Positions 36,903 through 50,542 are shown, counted from the stretch's first letter. The stretch: DNA of 64,000 bases from Antedon mediterranea (GCF_964355755.1 NC_092673.1:13922948-13986947), one strand, 5' to 3'. The notes: a model not told the origin generated them from the letters alone. Numbers and translations: made by a program.

Positions 36903-38545
36903 TTACAACCAAGGCTTATGGATGGAGGCATTAGGGGATGGGCCCTGCTGATGTTCTTGAGGTGAGGGTGGACGTGTAGCTGTCGATGGATGTGAAGAGA
37001 GGGTACGTCGTCGACCAGAGTAACCAAGTCTTGCAGGATGCGATGGTTGTTGGCTGAAACCTGAATGGCCAGCTTCAGCAGATTGTGCTGGATGCAGAGG
37101 CTGTGCTGGCTGCTGTCTTCCAGCAAACATTTGGCCAAACATTGATAGAATTTGCATCTGCCTTTCATGGGCTCTCTCCTCATCACGCCGCTTTTCCTCA
37201 GCCTCTTCTTTTCGTTTTCTGTCTTCATATGCGAACATGTTCTGTTGTAGTTGCATCTGGTTGGCGTGATTGATCTCTCCAAATTCTTTACTGATTTTCG
37301 TCAACGAATTGGAGAACCCTGCCACCATTTCTTCTGTTTTTGCTTTCTTTCTACCTATAAAAAAACATTTTTAGATATATTTGACTATATTACATTGAAG
37401 TGCTACGTGGTAAGAGGGTTATTTACAGTGGCTCTTCGTGATTCCCGCCACTTTGTGGTTGTTTTTATATATGTTTTTTGTCAGTAAAGAATAAGAACTA
37501 ATTTAATCTCGACAATCCAGATCCAATCGTGCACTCTTTTTATTGCTTCACATAAAACTTGAAACCATATGTTAACAAAAATAATACATACTTTTCAGAA
37601 CAGTTTGGGACTGCCTCTTTTCCTCTGTGGTGTCGGCCATCTTTCTCTTTTTATTACCACCTGAAGCACCAGCAGTACCTTAAAAAAACAATTGATTTGC
37701 ACAATCCTTTAATTTTCCATACAAGCTTTGAAGAAATTAAGTTGAAGAAATGCAACTTATTATTAAAATAGTATAATCATTCATAACATTATAACATATA
37801 ATGTTTTACTCTTACCTTCGAAAAATTCCTCCGTGGCCACATCAAGTTGTTGCTTATTTTGGTCATCCTGTAGAAGGTCTAATAGGCTGTCATTTTCTTC
37901 AACGTCTTCAAAATCTAAATTTAGAGCATTCCTAATTTAAGGTCTGCATAAAATGAATAGAATGGCAGCTAACATTGGCATCCCTAAAATCAATTTATGA
38001 ACTACTTCTTAATAGGTATCTTTTTGACAGACTATTAAATATTACTAATATATATTGTATGTTTGGTTAGGACACCTCTTTTTGAAAACCCTAGCTTATA
38101 TTATGTAAATATAAAATATAACGTGACTGAATAAATGCATACCTGCTGCTGATGCTTCACTGCAAACTGTTGTGTCAGTGTTAACAGAATTTGTGTCATC
38201 CATCAGGTCGATGAAAGTCATTTCATCCATTGTGTCCCGGATTTCTTTAGGCTTACTGACTGGCCTATCTCCAAAAATTTCGTCCATTTCTGGGGAAAAA
38301 ACCCAGTCGGTTGGTGGATTCCCAGACTTATTGTTTTCGTCTTTTGCCGATGTGTACTGGCGCCGTAGGTTTTTACATTTGTTAATCACCTGCTTTGACG
38401 AAAATGTAAAACCCATTTCTTTTAGTTTTTCTGTTATCTCTGAATACACCGAACTATTCCGACGGGTACCGTCAAATCCGCTTTGTATCTTGTGTTGGCC
38501 CCAAATACTTATTAGTGCCTGTGTGGCACTGTCGTTCCAAGTCAT
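36903..38545 (-). CDS. Harbinger Myb/SANT-like DNA-binding protein, 4 exons (38545-38143, 37914-37816, 37678-37592, 37354-36903), 346 aa
   Basis: Trihelix motif WNDSATQALISIW..VYSEI..KCKNLRRQY..W.F..MD. The phase-1 GT-AG junctions give an open 1041-nt frame, ending in a coiled-coil and Pro/Gln tail. Confidence 0.85.
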
Positions 38546-39114
38546 CGTTATTTTTAGGCTCTACAAAGTGCAGGCAGCAGGGTGAAAGATGGCGAAGAAA
38601 TGGCAACATTTTATTCTCACTTGCTTGTAGAAGATAATCTGTTACGTAATATTAACTAGAAATTCTACTGATGAGACCGCCACTGGTTACAAATAATCTG
38701 TTCCGACGACGATTATCTGAATGCGCACTGTTTAATCTTTTGTTTGTACCCTGGGCAGGCAGCGAAGCAGTAATAAATGGGCCCAATCTTGTTAGCAACG
38801 TCGCATGACATGATTGATATTACGACCTGTTTTAACGAGAGGTCAAAATATACCCTGAGGACACTTCCAACACGGTAACGGCGACCGGGAATCCACCAAA
38901 TTTTAGGATTCAGCCAAGTAGCCTTTTTTGCAATTAAAATCTCATTACACGGAATCTCTTTGTTGTTATACAACACACTTTTCGTAGGCGTGTAGAATAT
39001 GCGTGTAATAGCGTGTTGTATAAACGCGCCCTAATATAGTTTATTATACATCATAATTGTTACTTTGGGAGTATGGAACCTGAACTCTTGTTATAGTGAT
39101 TGATTCCCTTTCAG

Positions 39115-39325
39115 CTAAATTCTTAGGTGTCGATCTTGACTCTGGCCTGACGTGGAAAACACACATTTGTGTAATTGAAAACAAAATTTCCAAAAGCCTT
39201 GGTATTATCTTCTTATTTACCCCCTAATATCCTACGCATCCTGTATTGCTCTATGATTCTTCCCTATTTGAGTTATTGTAATATTGTTTGGTGCAACACA
39301 TATCCCACAAACCTTTGCCGTATTG
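39115..39325 (+). pseudogene. LINE RT C-terminal fragment
   Basis: KFLGVDLDSGLTWKTHI and LYCSMILPYLSYCNIVW. Confidence 0.7.
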
Positions 39326-41559
39326 GCAGACTCGTCCATTTAACTAATAAGAAAAGGATTACATAAATAAGTAATATTTAGCTTTTAATACATTCCTATA
39401 TTAGATAATGGTTTTTATTTGTTTATTTAGATCCCACATCAGATGAACACTAGGAAAAGAAAAGTCGACTACAGGGCTTTATGCAATGGTCCAGACCTTG
39501 ATGCCAGAAAGCTACTCTAGAGAGGAAAGAAAAGTGGTCCACAACAAAGTATATATTTTCTTTATACAATAGAGTATTTGTTTTAAAATATTATATTTTT
39601 ATGTTTATTATAAATAACATAAACATCACTGGAGTTGAATTATGTTAGTTTCATAGTCTAATGTATAGCTATTTTCCATACGCCAATTACCACTAAGAAA
39701 TACAATATTATAAGTTAAAATGTGTTTGACCAAACAGACGAAGTGTTTAGTGTGAACACTAACACTAAGAGCAACAGAGTTTTATTCGAGTATACAACTG
39801 ACCTAAAGAAACAAATTACTCATAAATGCTATTCCTGTATTGTCAAATTTGTATTTATTATTTTTTTATATAACTTGACTTGTATATTTTTTCTTTATGC
39901 TGGATTTTTTTTATATTTTTTCAATTATTTGTGTAATATTTGCACATATTCAAGTCATTCTTTCAACCCAGTGGAAAATAAATATCATTACCCACAATTT
40001 CCTTCAAATAGTTATTGATGAACATTGGCATAATCCTCAAACTATAATTGAAAGATTTTTTGAAGAGCAATTCATAGATCCAAATTTTGTTAGATATAAC
40101 TGCCAATATGTACAAAGGTTGCTTTAAATATTTGTTTCAAAAGTATGCTTTAAACAAAAATCAGGTGGAACAACAACTAAACGATTTCTTGAAAACTTAA
40201 AAAAAGAAGAATGTGAGTTTGTTCTTGGTACTGTAGGACAGATGAAACTAAAGGAGCTAGAATAGAACGCTTGAAAGCATTGCTCTAAATTCTAAGAAAT
40301 CTGGATACAATAAATTAAGCTGTATCAACCCACCTATTTTACCAATTCCAATTAAGAACGTAATAAGATATAATATTTCATTACATACTAGAATGCGCCA
40401 CACCATGACTGAGGAAAATTTAAATAGTTTAGATCATGATGCAAAATCATGGGTAGGCCTTTACAAATATACTTATTTATTTGAAATATTATAATGTCAT
40501 TTTGTGTACTAATTTAAATTACTGTATATGAATTATCATTTATTGAGTGTTTGCTTTAAAAACAACTTAAAAAACATATATACAGTAAATAGTACTTTAA
40601 GTTTATGTTTAACTCATAAAATAAGTACTATAATACTATAAATCAAGTCAAATGAAATAAACTATCTAGAAATGAAGGCTGCCTTGTTTGAACTTGTTTG
40701 TATCATGTATTAATTATTTTGTTAAGGTGGCCAAATACTGTACGAGCTTTGCTCTTTTTTGGTCATCCTTCCATTTTTGCATTTATTCATTACACTTGTT
40801 TATACTGGAAAATAAAAACTGAAACTGAAACTAAAAGCCTTTTGTGTATATAGTTCAAATAGCCATGTTTTGATAAAAATTAACTAACAAGCGAGCACAC
40901 TTTATTGAGTTAGTTTGATAAATTGTTATCTGTAGTACTGTTACATGTTGTGTTTGTTAATTGAGTTTAATATCCCAAGATGGGATTATTATACACAGAA
41001 AAATAGTCACAGATTTGACATTGACGAAAGCGATCTCAATGGGGCGGAGCGCTGAAGCCGCTAAAGTTCACATGAAAGAAATTGGTTCTGAGAAACCAGT
41101 GGACGTTGTCAACATTTTGTGCTAAACAGCGCATAGAGACTATTTGTATTTTGCGCTATATAAATTAAAAACCATTAAACATACGCCATCCTATGACATG
41201 ATGCATATACACTAACACAATTTTCTGTTTTACATTCAGTTTTCAAAATACCAGAGGAGACAATAACGAAGTACAGAACCCCACCAATGATGAAACTTTC
41301 TGATATCCCAAATAGCCCAACACACAATCACACAATTTCGCAATATCCTATGCAATTTACTTGAAATATTAATACATTTTGTAGGTAGGAGAAATCAGAC
41401 TTGTAGGTCTTACAAGAAAACGTATAAGGACAATCCAACTTACTGACAATGAAAGCAACAATGTGGAAGTTTCACTGTGGGGTTAACACACAGAAGTTGA
41501 TTTACATCTGAGATAGTAAAATCTCCGTCAACAGCTGCTATCAAGCCTTGCTCCTATTA

Positions 41560-42610
41560 GCCTGCTTCACAGTTTAAAGAGGACGGCATTAATTTGCTGC
41601 CTTGTGACTTCCAGCCCGAAGCACTTCAGACAGTTTGCGTAGAGAATTCCCTACAATAATTGATGGCATCGTCAAGCCGATGCCTGGCGAGGAATTTAAA
41701 ATCAAACTTGTTGACGACGCGAAGCTGTTCTGTGTAAACACACCAAGGAAAATTCCGTATGCCTATTGCAATAAACTGAAGAATGAACTAGAACTTTTAG
41801 AAACTCTGGGTATCATCACTAAAACAACTGAACATTCCGAGTGGTGTGCCCCAATCGTTGTGGCTGCAAAGAAAGATCCGACTAAAATACTCTTGTGCGT
41901 CGACCTCTTGCGACTAAATAGAAATGCCAAGAGAGAGTACTTACCCCTCAACAAGCGGTAGCAGATATCGCGGTTATTAGACCACGATCTTATCGTCTAC
42001 GGATGCTGTCTGCTTATACCAGAATCGCTTCGCGGAGCAATGCTTCAACAGCTATATCTCGGTCACCCTGGGATCCGATGCGCCCAGGATCGGGCAAGAA
42101 CGATTGTATATTGGCCCAATATCGACAACGACATTGATCAAAGCATCAACGATTGCAATTTCTGCCAAGATCGTCTTCCGATGAATCAAAGCGAACCTTT
42201 GATACAGAAGCCACGGCCCAGCCGACCATTCCTGGAAATCGCTGCTGATTTCGCCTACTTGAATGGTATCAATTATCTTATCGCTGTTTGTTGTTACAAT
42301 GATTGACCTACCATCATCCCCATGGGTAAAGACACAACTTCGAACGCCACCGCTTCCAAACTACAAGACGTATTCATCACAATGGGTACTCCAGACGTCT
42401 TTTGGTTTGATGGTGGAATGCAGTTCACATCCGATTACTTCAAGACATTCGCTGGGGACTGGAAATTCACTATTCAGATAAACTAGCTTTAGCTCTTCTG
42501 AGTTACAGAAACACACCCTCGAGAAAGGACGGACAGTCGCAGTTAAACTATTCGGCAAACCCAATCAAGATTCTTTGCCTGTCCATCGCCATGCCTTCAA
42601 AAAGAAATCC
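41560..42610 (+). pseudogene. Heavily deleted Gypsy pol fragments
   Basis: SEWCAPIVV..LCVDL, GHPGI..YWPNI..CNFC, IAADF and DGGMQF. Confidence 0.8.
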
Positions 42611-43199
42611 ATGTGAGGAAGGCCAATACGTTTCATAGTTGCAAAACAGATGCAAAAATGAGGGCTAAGGCTAATCTTGAGTTCGAAGCCATTGCTTCTG
42701 ATTATCAAACATTGGCAAACAAAACCGCTAACAATGTTTATAATAAGCGCCAGCTCACATTCTACATGTTTTGTATTTATGCACTATCTCCAGACGAAGT
42801 GTATCACATGAGATTCCGTTGCGCACGCGCACGTCAGTTTGTTGCATAGGCACAAAATCAAAAAAATTGATTATTTTGTAACAAATTATTATCTATCAAG
42901 CATTGTTTCGTTATGGACAACTTATCACTTGGTAAGAGGGATAACGAACAATCAAGAAAAATAGTAGAAGTAGGGCTTGAGAGCTCATAAACTTCGACGG
43001 GTTCCGCCGACCCTGCGGGGCCAGGCGTGCTAATTTGTAATAAACTCTCGCACCATGAAAATAAGCCTCACAAAAGAAAAGGCCCAAGAAATATGTAATC
43101 AAGGTATATCGCTAAACACAAAAATTAGTGTCTCATCGGTTATAGGTAAGCTCGTTGCAGCTTTTCCGGGTGTTTAATATGGACCATTACATTACCATG

Positions 43200-43375
43200 G
43201 GCTGAAAAAGACAAAATCTATGCACTGAGACTAACAAGGGCCACTTTGATAGAAAAATGGCCATCACACTAACCGCTAAAAGGGAACTCAAATGGTGGAT
43301 TGAAAATGCTAAATTGGAAACAAAGAAAAATAGATCATGGGTACCCTCTGTGAACCTAACTAGTGATGCTTCGGG
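43200..43375 (+). pseudogene. Possible DIRS-type RT/RNase H junction fragment
   Basis: ELKWWIEN followed by LTSDASG; very short. Confidence 0.4.
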
Positions 43376-43450
43376 CAACAACAACAATGCGACACATAGC
43401 AATGGCTGACAAACCAATTAAATCGGAAGAAAAATAAAAATAAAAAGAAA

Positions 43451-43545
43451 AAGGTTTATGCTGTTGCTGTCGGGAAACAAACAGGTGTCTATTTATCCTG
43501 GCTGGAATGCCAAGCAAACACTCTGATGGCTATCACGGAGCTTTA
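43451..43545 (+). pseudogene. RNase H1 N-terminal hybrid-binding (Cauli_VI-like) domain fragment
   Basis: KVYAVAVGKQTGVYLSWLECQA, then a frameshift to DGYHGA; cut by an LTR at 43546. Confidence 0.7.
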
Positions 43546-43678
43546 TGTAATGTTGTATTCTTACAATACTGCCCTCTAGAGTGTTATTGAATAAAGTACT
43601 CAGCAGAGCAGTGATAATGGCTACCGTTGATCAACGTGTTTATTGATTGTGTATTGTGTCCTATCATTAAACATCACA
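43546..43678 (+). repeat. 5' LTR of a split Gypsy, followed by PBS TGGCGACGAG (43680-43689)
   Basis: TGTAATGT...ACATCACA termini, AATAAA, and the same PBS core as at 13437. Confidence 0.75.
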
Positions 43679-43692
43679 TTGGCGACGAGAAC

Positions 43693-43806
43693 TATGGTGG
43701 CCATGAGTTGTTTGACCTGTGTGGTACAACGTTTGCGAGTGCTAAAGATAAGTTGACACAATATTTTAGACCTAAAAAAAACATTGAGTTTGAAACATAT
43801 CAATTC
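43693..43806 (+). pseudogene. gag: Gypsy gag fragment, 5' part
   Basis: GGHELFDL..AKDKLTQYFRPKKNIEFETYQF; continues at about 50119. Confidence 0.7.
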
Positions 43807-44373
43807 AATTCAATTCATCGACATTTTTATTCCATAATCAAAATAAAAACATATACAAATACAATACAAATAATAAGATAATGGAATGGGATACAAAATA
43901 AGCACAAGTGCTTTAAGCATGTAACCCTAACAAAAAGATCAAACAATTAGTACAAACAAAAAGAACAAACCAAAATAACATAATGTGATTTACTTAACTT
44001 AAATATTTCTATTGTTATAATATTGCTTTAATCTCTGTTTAAACAAACTTAAAGTAGGGGATTGTTTTATATAGTCTGTTAAATTGTTCCAAATATGTGT
44101 TCCTTGGTAGGAAATACATTGCTGTCCGACTTTGGTGCGTTTTAGTTGTGGACAGTAGTTTGACCTGTTTCTAGTTGAGTAATTATGGAATGAGGCAGAT
44201 GTACTAAATAAGTTATTAAATGATTCAGGTAATAGATTATGTTTATATTGATACATAAATATAGCAGTGTGTTTCGTAAGGTCAAAAATATTTAATGTTT
44301 GGGTCGAAATAAAAAGTGGATGAGAAGGATGCATAAAATGAACATGACAAATATTTCTAAGTGCTTTTTTCTG

Positions 44374-47300
44374 CACTGTAAAAACTATAAACACAATGCT
44401 AAACACAATTCTTGTAGTCACTTTGGAGACACATAGAATGCTAAAAATTCTATGTGCTTAGGCTTATTTAGTGTTTAGCACTAATGTGTTTAGTTTCGTT
44501 TTGTGTTTTTACTTTGGTGTTTAGAAGAAAAATATGCTTATCTTTCAAGTGTTTAGCCTTTTCTGTGTTTAGCTCGTTCTGTGTTTAGAAAATCTTAGTG
44601 TTTTTGATGTAGTGTTTAGAAGAAAAATATGCTTATCTTTCAAGTGTTTAGCCTTTTCTGTGTTTAGCTCGTTCTGTGTTTAGCAAATAGTAGTGTTTTT
44701 GATGTAGTGTTTAGAAGAAAAATATGCTTAGTGTTTAGCCCGTTTTGCGTTTAGCACAGAAGTGCTTGGAAAAAGTATAGTGTTTTAACTCTATAGTGTT
44801 TGAAATATCATTTGTGCTTAAATGCAAGTGTTTAGACCGTTTTGCGTTTAGCACAGAAGTGCTTGGAAAAAGTATAGTGTTTTAACTCTATAGTGTTTGG
44901 AATATCATTTGTGCTTAAATGCAAGTGTTTAGACCATTTTGCGTTTAGCATAGACGAGCTTAGAAATGTATTTCATGTGTTATACACTTAAGAATACATG
45001 CTTACTTGAAATATTTAGCAAACATGGGCTTACAAATATGGGTTTTTTGCTGTGGTGTTTATAATATACTATATTCTTTATATCTCTGGGTTTTCATGCT
45101 CTGCATTAACACTTTTTCATAGCCAATAATCACTTATTTTGTTGTTACCTTAAACTCCTATTGGCCTTTATGCGTATCAGATTGACATCATTAATTAAGA
45201 ACACAACGGACGAAAGTGATATTTTAATCAAAACATTTAAATTATTTATTCATGTCTACCAATATAAAAAACTGAAATATTACCTTTTGATAATAACATG
45301 AAAGATACATTGTATGATAATACAACTGTCTTATAATATAAACTATAAAATGTTCAATTAATAAAGCAGTTGAGTTTAATATACAGCTTCCAACATTGTG
45401 TTGACATTATGGAAAGCTGTGAAATGAAATAAAACATTTTTTTATCCTTTAAAATCCAGTATTGAAAAATACCTAATATTTGAGATACTGTGTCGGATAA
45501 TGTAATCGAAAACATAATAATTGCCAATTAACATATAGCATCAGATAAATGCCCTTTGACTTTAAAAACATTTTCATTGCAGAGAATGCATGATTTCGTT
45601 TCCCTGGGTTATTCTGCCTGGGGGTTCTATGTCTTGATCCATGTCCTCCTGCAAGAGAAAAAGTAATGAATATTAAAAATAATCTGGTTTATTAATTTGA
45701 CAACCGTATACAAAACAGCATTATTCAAATTCTGCAATTACCTGCAATAAATAATGGGATCAAATAAAAAAAAATGTTAGTTCTGATGTCTCCTCTATAA
45801 TTTTGTCCAGATGCTTAGAAGCATCTTCTATACGGTTACCAAGCCATACACGGACTCTAGATGAATATATTGGAAGGGGACATTCAGTTTCAGTGCTAAA
45901 AGTGGACAAATTATGTTCATCTTCTCCTTTTCCACTAGAGAAAGAAAGATGTTTGCTCAATATCCATATCAGATGTCTAAGAAGAATAAAAGAAATATTA
46001 TTTTGAAACAATAAAATTGCGTATTGAATTGTTGATGCCATTATCAGTCACGATAGCTTAATGACCATTGTAGTCTTATTTCCATTGAGGTAGGCCTTGT
46101 TTACTGACATGAAACAGTTAATGTATATGAATTCCTGAATTTAGACCCCTGATAAGATTTTTTGTTACTAATTTTATTTTAAAAAGACATATTTATTGAA
46201 ACAACTACACTCCACTAGAAGCCTGCAGTGGCCCTAAGACCTCATGAGGCTGACTAGTTAGAACTTCATTGAGACAATAGTCTATTTATTTGGAGTGTAC
46301 TGTTATTATTGATATTTTAATAATTGTTTAAATAAACATATATTATTTATTTTTTATTTTAAAAAGACATAATATTGAAACAACTACACTCCACTAAAAG
46401 CCTGCAGTTGCCCTAAGACCTCATGAGGCTGTCTAGTTAGAAATTCATTGAGACAATAGTCTATTTATTTGGGTGTACTGTTATTATTGATATTTTAATA
46501 ATTGTATAGTTTTTTTGTTTTTAAATAAACATACATTATTTATTTTTAAATTTAAAGACATATTGAAACAACTACACTCCACTAGAAGCCTGCAGTTGCC
46601 CTAAGACCTCATGAGGCTGACTAGTTAGAACTTCATTGAGACAATAGTCTATTTATTGGAGTGTACTGTTATCATTGATATTTTAATAATTGTATAATTT
46701 TGTTGTTTTTAAATAAACATACATTATTTATTTTAAAAAGACATATTGAAACAACTACACTCCACTAGAAGCCTGCAGTGGCCCTAAGACCTCATGAGGC
46801 TGACTAGTTAGAACTTCATTGAGACAATAGTCTATTTATTTGGAGTGTACTGTTATCATTGATATTTTAATAATTGTATAATTTTGTTGTTTTTAAATAA
46901 ACATACATTATTAATTTGTAGTATTTCAAAAGACATATTGAAACAACTACACTCCACTAGAGGCCTTCAGTTGCCCTAAGACCTCATGAGGCTGACTAGT
47001 TAGAACTTCATTGAGACAATAGTCTATTTATTTGGAGTGTACTGTTATTATTGATGTTTTATTAATTGTATAATTTTGTTGTTTTTAAATAAACATACAT
47101 TATTTATTTTTTATTTTAAAAAGACATATTGAAACAACTACACTCCACTCGAAGCTTTCAGTTGCCCTACGACCTCATGAGGCTGACTAGTAAGAGCTTC
47201 CTTGAGACAATAGTCTATTTGTTTTAAGTGTTAGTTTTACTGTAGGCCTATAATAATATAATGACAATTATTGTTTTCCAATGCATTATTTAATTTTTTT

Positions 47301-48706
47301 TAAATACAGGTTAGGCCTATTACCATTATAATATGTGGTCAGATTCTGAAAATATACAAGAAATTTACCAGAATAAAGAATAAAAGAGCAAAATATAATA
47401 GCTTAGTGATATCTAAAAATAAAACTAAATTTTAGATTCTCACCTTCAATTATTTTGGCATCATCTTCTGGGATTCCACACTCAATCAAACAAGTTTTGA
47501 TTTCTTCAGCAGAACTGTTATCATCTATTAAATCCATGCTGAAAAAAAAGAACCAATATAAACATATAGGCCTACCTCACAAATACAGTATATTTGCAAT
47601 ATATTTTTACACAACACTATACACTAGATATTTGTGGCAACAACACTTGACCTTTTAGTGATCAATCATTCAGCTGATTCATTCTCTCAAAGAATTCAGC
47701 TTATTCTAGCAAATTGAGGATAGTAATGCTTGAGTGATTTCTCTCTCCTAATTCTTGTCCTCATTCTAAATGAAAATATTTAATTTCCTTTCTTTTTTCC
47801 TATAAAATTATAACAGTAATACTAATAGTAAATGACATTAACATGATCATAGCCTATGAAGGAGCTATGGTCTAGTCTAGAAAAATAAGTAAATACTTTT
47901 TGAGTCCAGTTCCTAATATTCACTAAGGGAAGAAATGGAAAGGTTTCCTACCCCGTTTCCTACTTGTACTTTCTAGGATTTTTATCAAATAATCTACAGG
48001 GTTAGGATTATATTGTTTTGACAACTCAAGTAACATGACCAGAGTGTTGTTTTCAATTTTTCCTCTCGACTATTACTAACTGTATTAAAAGTAAAAAAGA
48101 TTGTTATTATCGATAGTGGAATGGGCGATTTCTAGGTTTGCCGATTTCTTTGCTTTTCACCTATACTCTCGTTGCTGCTGTTGTCGACGACCGTTGGCCA
48201 AAACTAGGCCGGCTATACAAGACATCGGCAAGCAACTCTATTATTCTAAAAGGCAAATTTAATATAATCACTATATACATATTACCAATACAAACAATGT
48301 GAAATAACTTACCTGCAATATATGATTACTTCAATCAACGTAAAGCTAAGAATTAGAAAGATTTTTGTTTCACCTTCCCGACACCACTCCCATCCAACTC
48401 AACGGCTTCTGCTAAAAAGGCGCGCACTAGATTCGCGGGTTTTTCTCCTCATCAATCATAATCAGTCGTTCCTTGGGGTGTTGCTATTGTATGTATATAT
48501 AGATACAGTATTTTATTATTTTATAAACATTTATAGCGTAAATTATAATATTAATGCCATAAAGAGTTTATATTAGTTATGAAATATGTGTTTATGTAAA
48601 TAATTAATATTTTTAATTGTTAATTGGTCATGCCAAAATCATCATATACCATGAGAATCAATGGTATCAACTGTATTTTGATGCATCATGATCAATCATT
48701 TTCAGT

Positions 48707-48737
<31 letters not shown>

Positions 48738-49728
48738 TGATGCACGGCGTGTGGTAAAAGGATGGGAAATGTGGTGTATTTTGGTCGAAACCGATGCATC
48801 AATTTACTCTATTAATCAAATTATAATATAATAAAACGTATCTAAATGGATCTATTAACTTTCCAAAACAACATGTTGGTACCGTAAATCGAAATAGCAG
48901 AACTGAACCTATCAATCCAACAAACAATTTACCAAACTAAATGGATCTATTCAATCCAATACACATTTCCAAATGCATGCCAGCATAATAAAAATATTAA
49001 ACACAATAAGTAATGTTATGAAACACAGTGGTGTTCAGATTTTAAACGTAAATTCTCTAAACATAATTTAAACAAACACTTTAACTTCTAAACACCAATT
49101 TTAGTAAGCACAAACAAATATTAAACACAATAAGTGTGTTATTAAACACAGTAGAGTTTAGATTTGAAACGTAAATTCTCTAAACATAATTTAAACAAAC
49201 ACTTTCACTTCTAAACACAAATTTTAGTAAGCACAAACAAATATTAAACACAATAAGTGTGTTATTAAACACAGTGGTGTTTAGATTTGAAACGTAAATT
49301 CTCTAAACATAATTTAAAGAAACACTTTCATTTCTAAACACCAATTTTAATAAGCACAAACAAATATTAAACATGTAAGTTTGTTTTATTAAACACGATC
49401 ATGTTTAAGATTCAAACGTTAATTTTACTAAACATAATATATACTAAGCACGAACAAATATTAAACACAAGAGGCGTATACAACTTAAACACTGGTGTTT
49501 AGGACGTGCTTAGAAATGTGTTTAGAAAAAATGTTAACGTTGCAATACCCTATTCTAAAAAAGCTAAACACATTGAAATATTGTTGTATAAACGGCTGTG
49601 TTTAGAATCTAAACACATTAAATGTTTAGAAATGTGTTTATGTGTTTTAAAATTAAACACAATGCTAAACATGTTTAGGGTTGATTTGTGTATTTTATGT
49701 TTAACAGCTAAACACTGTTTTTACAGTG
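44374..49728. mobile_element. CACTA/EnSpm-type non-autonomous DNA transposon
   Basis: TIR CACTGTAAAAAC / GTTTTTACAGTG with a 2-bp TSD TG, and dense AAACAC/GTGTTT subterminal arrays at 44380-45060 and 48990-49720. Removing it restores the LINE reading IL-QKKA. Confidence 0.88.
46180..47225 (+). repeat. Tandem repeat, ~185-bp unit x 6
   Basis: ACAACTACACTCCACT..CCTCATGAGG..GAGACAATAGTC at about 46201, 46380, 46568, 46751, 46943 and 47134. Confidence 0.93.
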
Positions 49729-50118
49729 TGGAGAATATGTATACGGTTTAAGTTTGTAGCAGAAGAGCACCCCATACTGTGATTTTCTAGGACTTTATCT
49801 AGTTTACCATTAAGTTGTTCTGATAGCCTACCTAGTTGATCGGCAAGCGTTTGAGTTTCCCCCTGTCGATCGCCGGAGGTTTCGATTGGATCATCTGCTT
49901 CTGGACTTTCGGAGGGTCTTGTTAAGTCAATTGATTTAGTATTTGCCCTAGTAGGCCTATTAGTCGCCATCATGCAGTCTTCTTTTAGTTAGTGTATACA
50001 ACTTTTTAAAATAGTAGAGTTTGTTGGCTATATATTACCTTTAGTCTGAATTTAAGATCTTTTTCCCTGCGTGTAAAAGTTAGGTGTTGTCTCTACTCGC
50101 GCATGCTCATGCATGTGT

Positions 50119-50542
50119 TTAGATGCACAAAACAAGAGATCTCACATTAAAAGCGTTGCTAGACAAAGGTAAAACAATTGAGATTAGCGAGAAACAGGCA
50201 GCAGGAATGGAAGAAAGAGTGAGCTTCATAAATAGAAATAACTTTAGATCTAGAAATAGGCCTAACAACGATAAATCTGACACACAGCGTAGTAAAAGTA
50301 GGTGATTCTACTAATGCTAAATCAAAATTATGTTATAAATGTGGAGGTAGTTGGCCTCACACAGATGGGTGTCCTGCATGTGAGCGACGTTGCAATAAAT
50401 GCAGTAAAATTGGGCATTATGTCGTGGTACTAGTAGTAGTACATCAGGCAGTAAACACAAAAATGTGAAAGGTCAGAATAATGTCAAACAAATTCAGGAT
50501 AAGGTAGTAGGGTCAGATTCAGATAATGAATTGTATGTTGAC
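50119..50542 (+). pseudogene. gag: Gypsy gag, 3' part with zinc knuckles
   Basis: FRCTKQ, DLTLKALLDKGKTIE and CYKCGGSWPH..CPA..CNKCSKIGHY. Confidence 0.75.

Larger units (their letters stand above)
34568..39031. mobile_element. Complete PIF/Harbinger DNA transposon (4464 bp)
   Basis: 23-bp imperfect TIRs GGTCGTGTTTATACAACACACTA / TAGCGTGTTGTATAAACGCGCCC, TAA TSD on both sides and two convergent genes. Confidence 0.93.
43801..50118 (-). mobile_element. Internally deleted LINE (ORF1 start, RT C-terminus, (TTGAA)n tail) split by the CACTA-type element
   Basis: Tail at 43801-43817; ORF2 end QKKALR..LLPESF..HNYSTR..GTHIWN (43999-44373). ITVWG..NLNRIHIL resumes at 49729-49785, and an ORF1-like start lies at 49973. 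Confidence 0.75.

Noticed and set aside
38660-38700. CTGATGAG-ACC..GGT as a second hammerhead
   Set aside because: No GAAA box follows the stem (it reads TACAAA).
46180-47225. CRISPR-like alternation of conserved and variable segments
   Set aside because: The linkers are homologous to each other, the repeat is ~90 bp, there are no cas genes and the context is eukaryotic.
45400-48400. Minus-strand exon-like pieces inside the CACTA element
   Set aside because: Splice-like sites are visible, but no coherent ORF or recognisable domain could be assembled.
48705-48740. (GT)n plus a long G run, and G runs at ~53979, 54261 and 54389, as G-quadruplex signals
   Set aside because: They are simple homopolymers with no supporting context and are prone to sequencing error.
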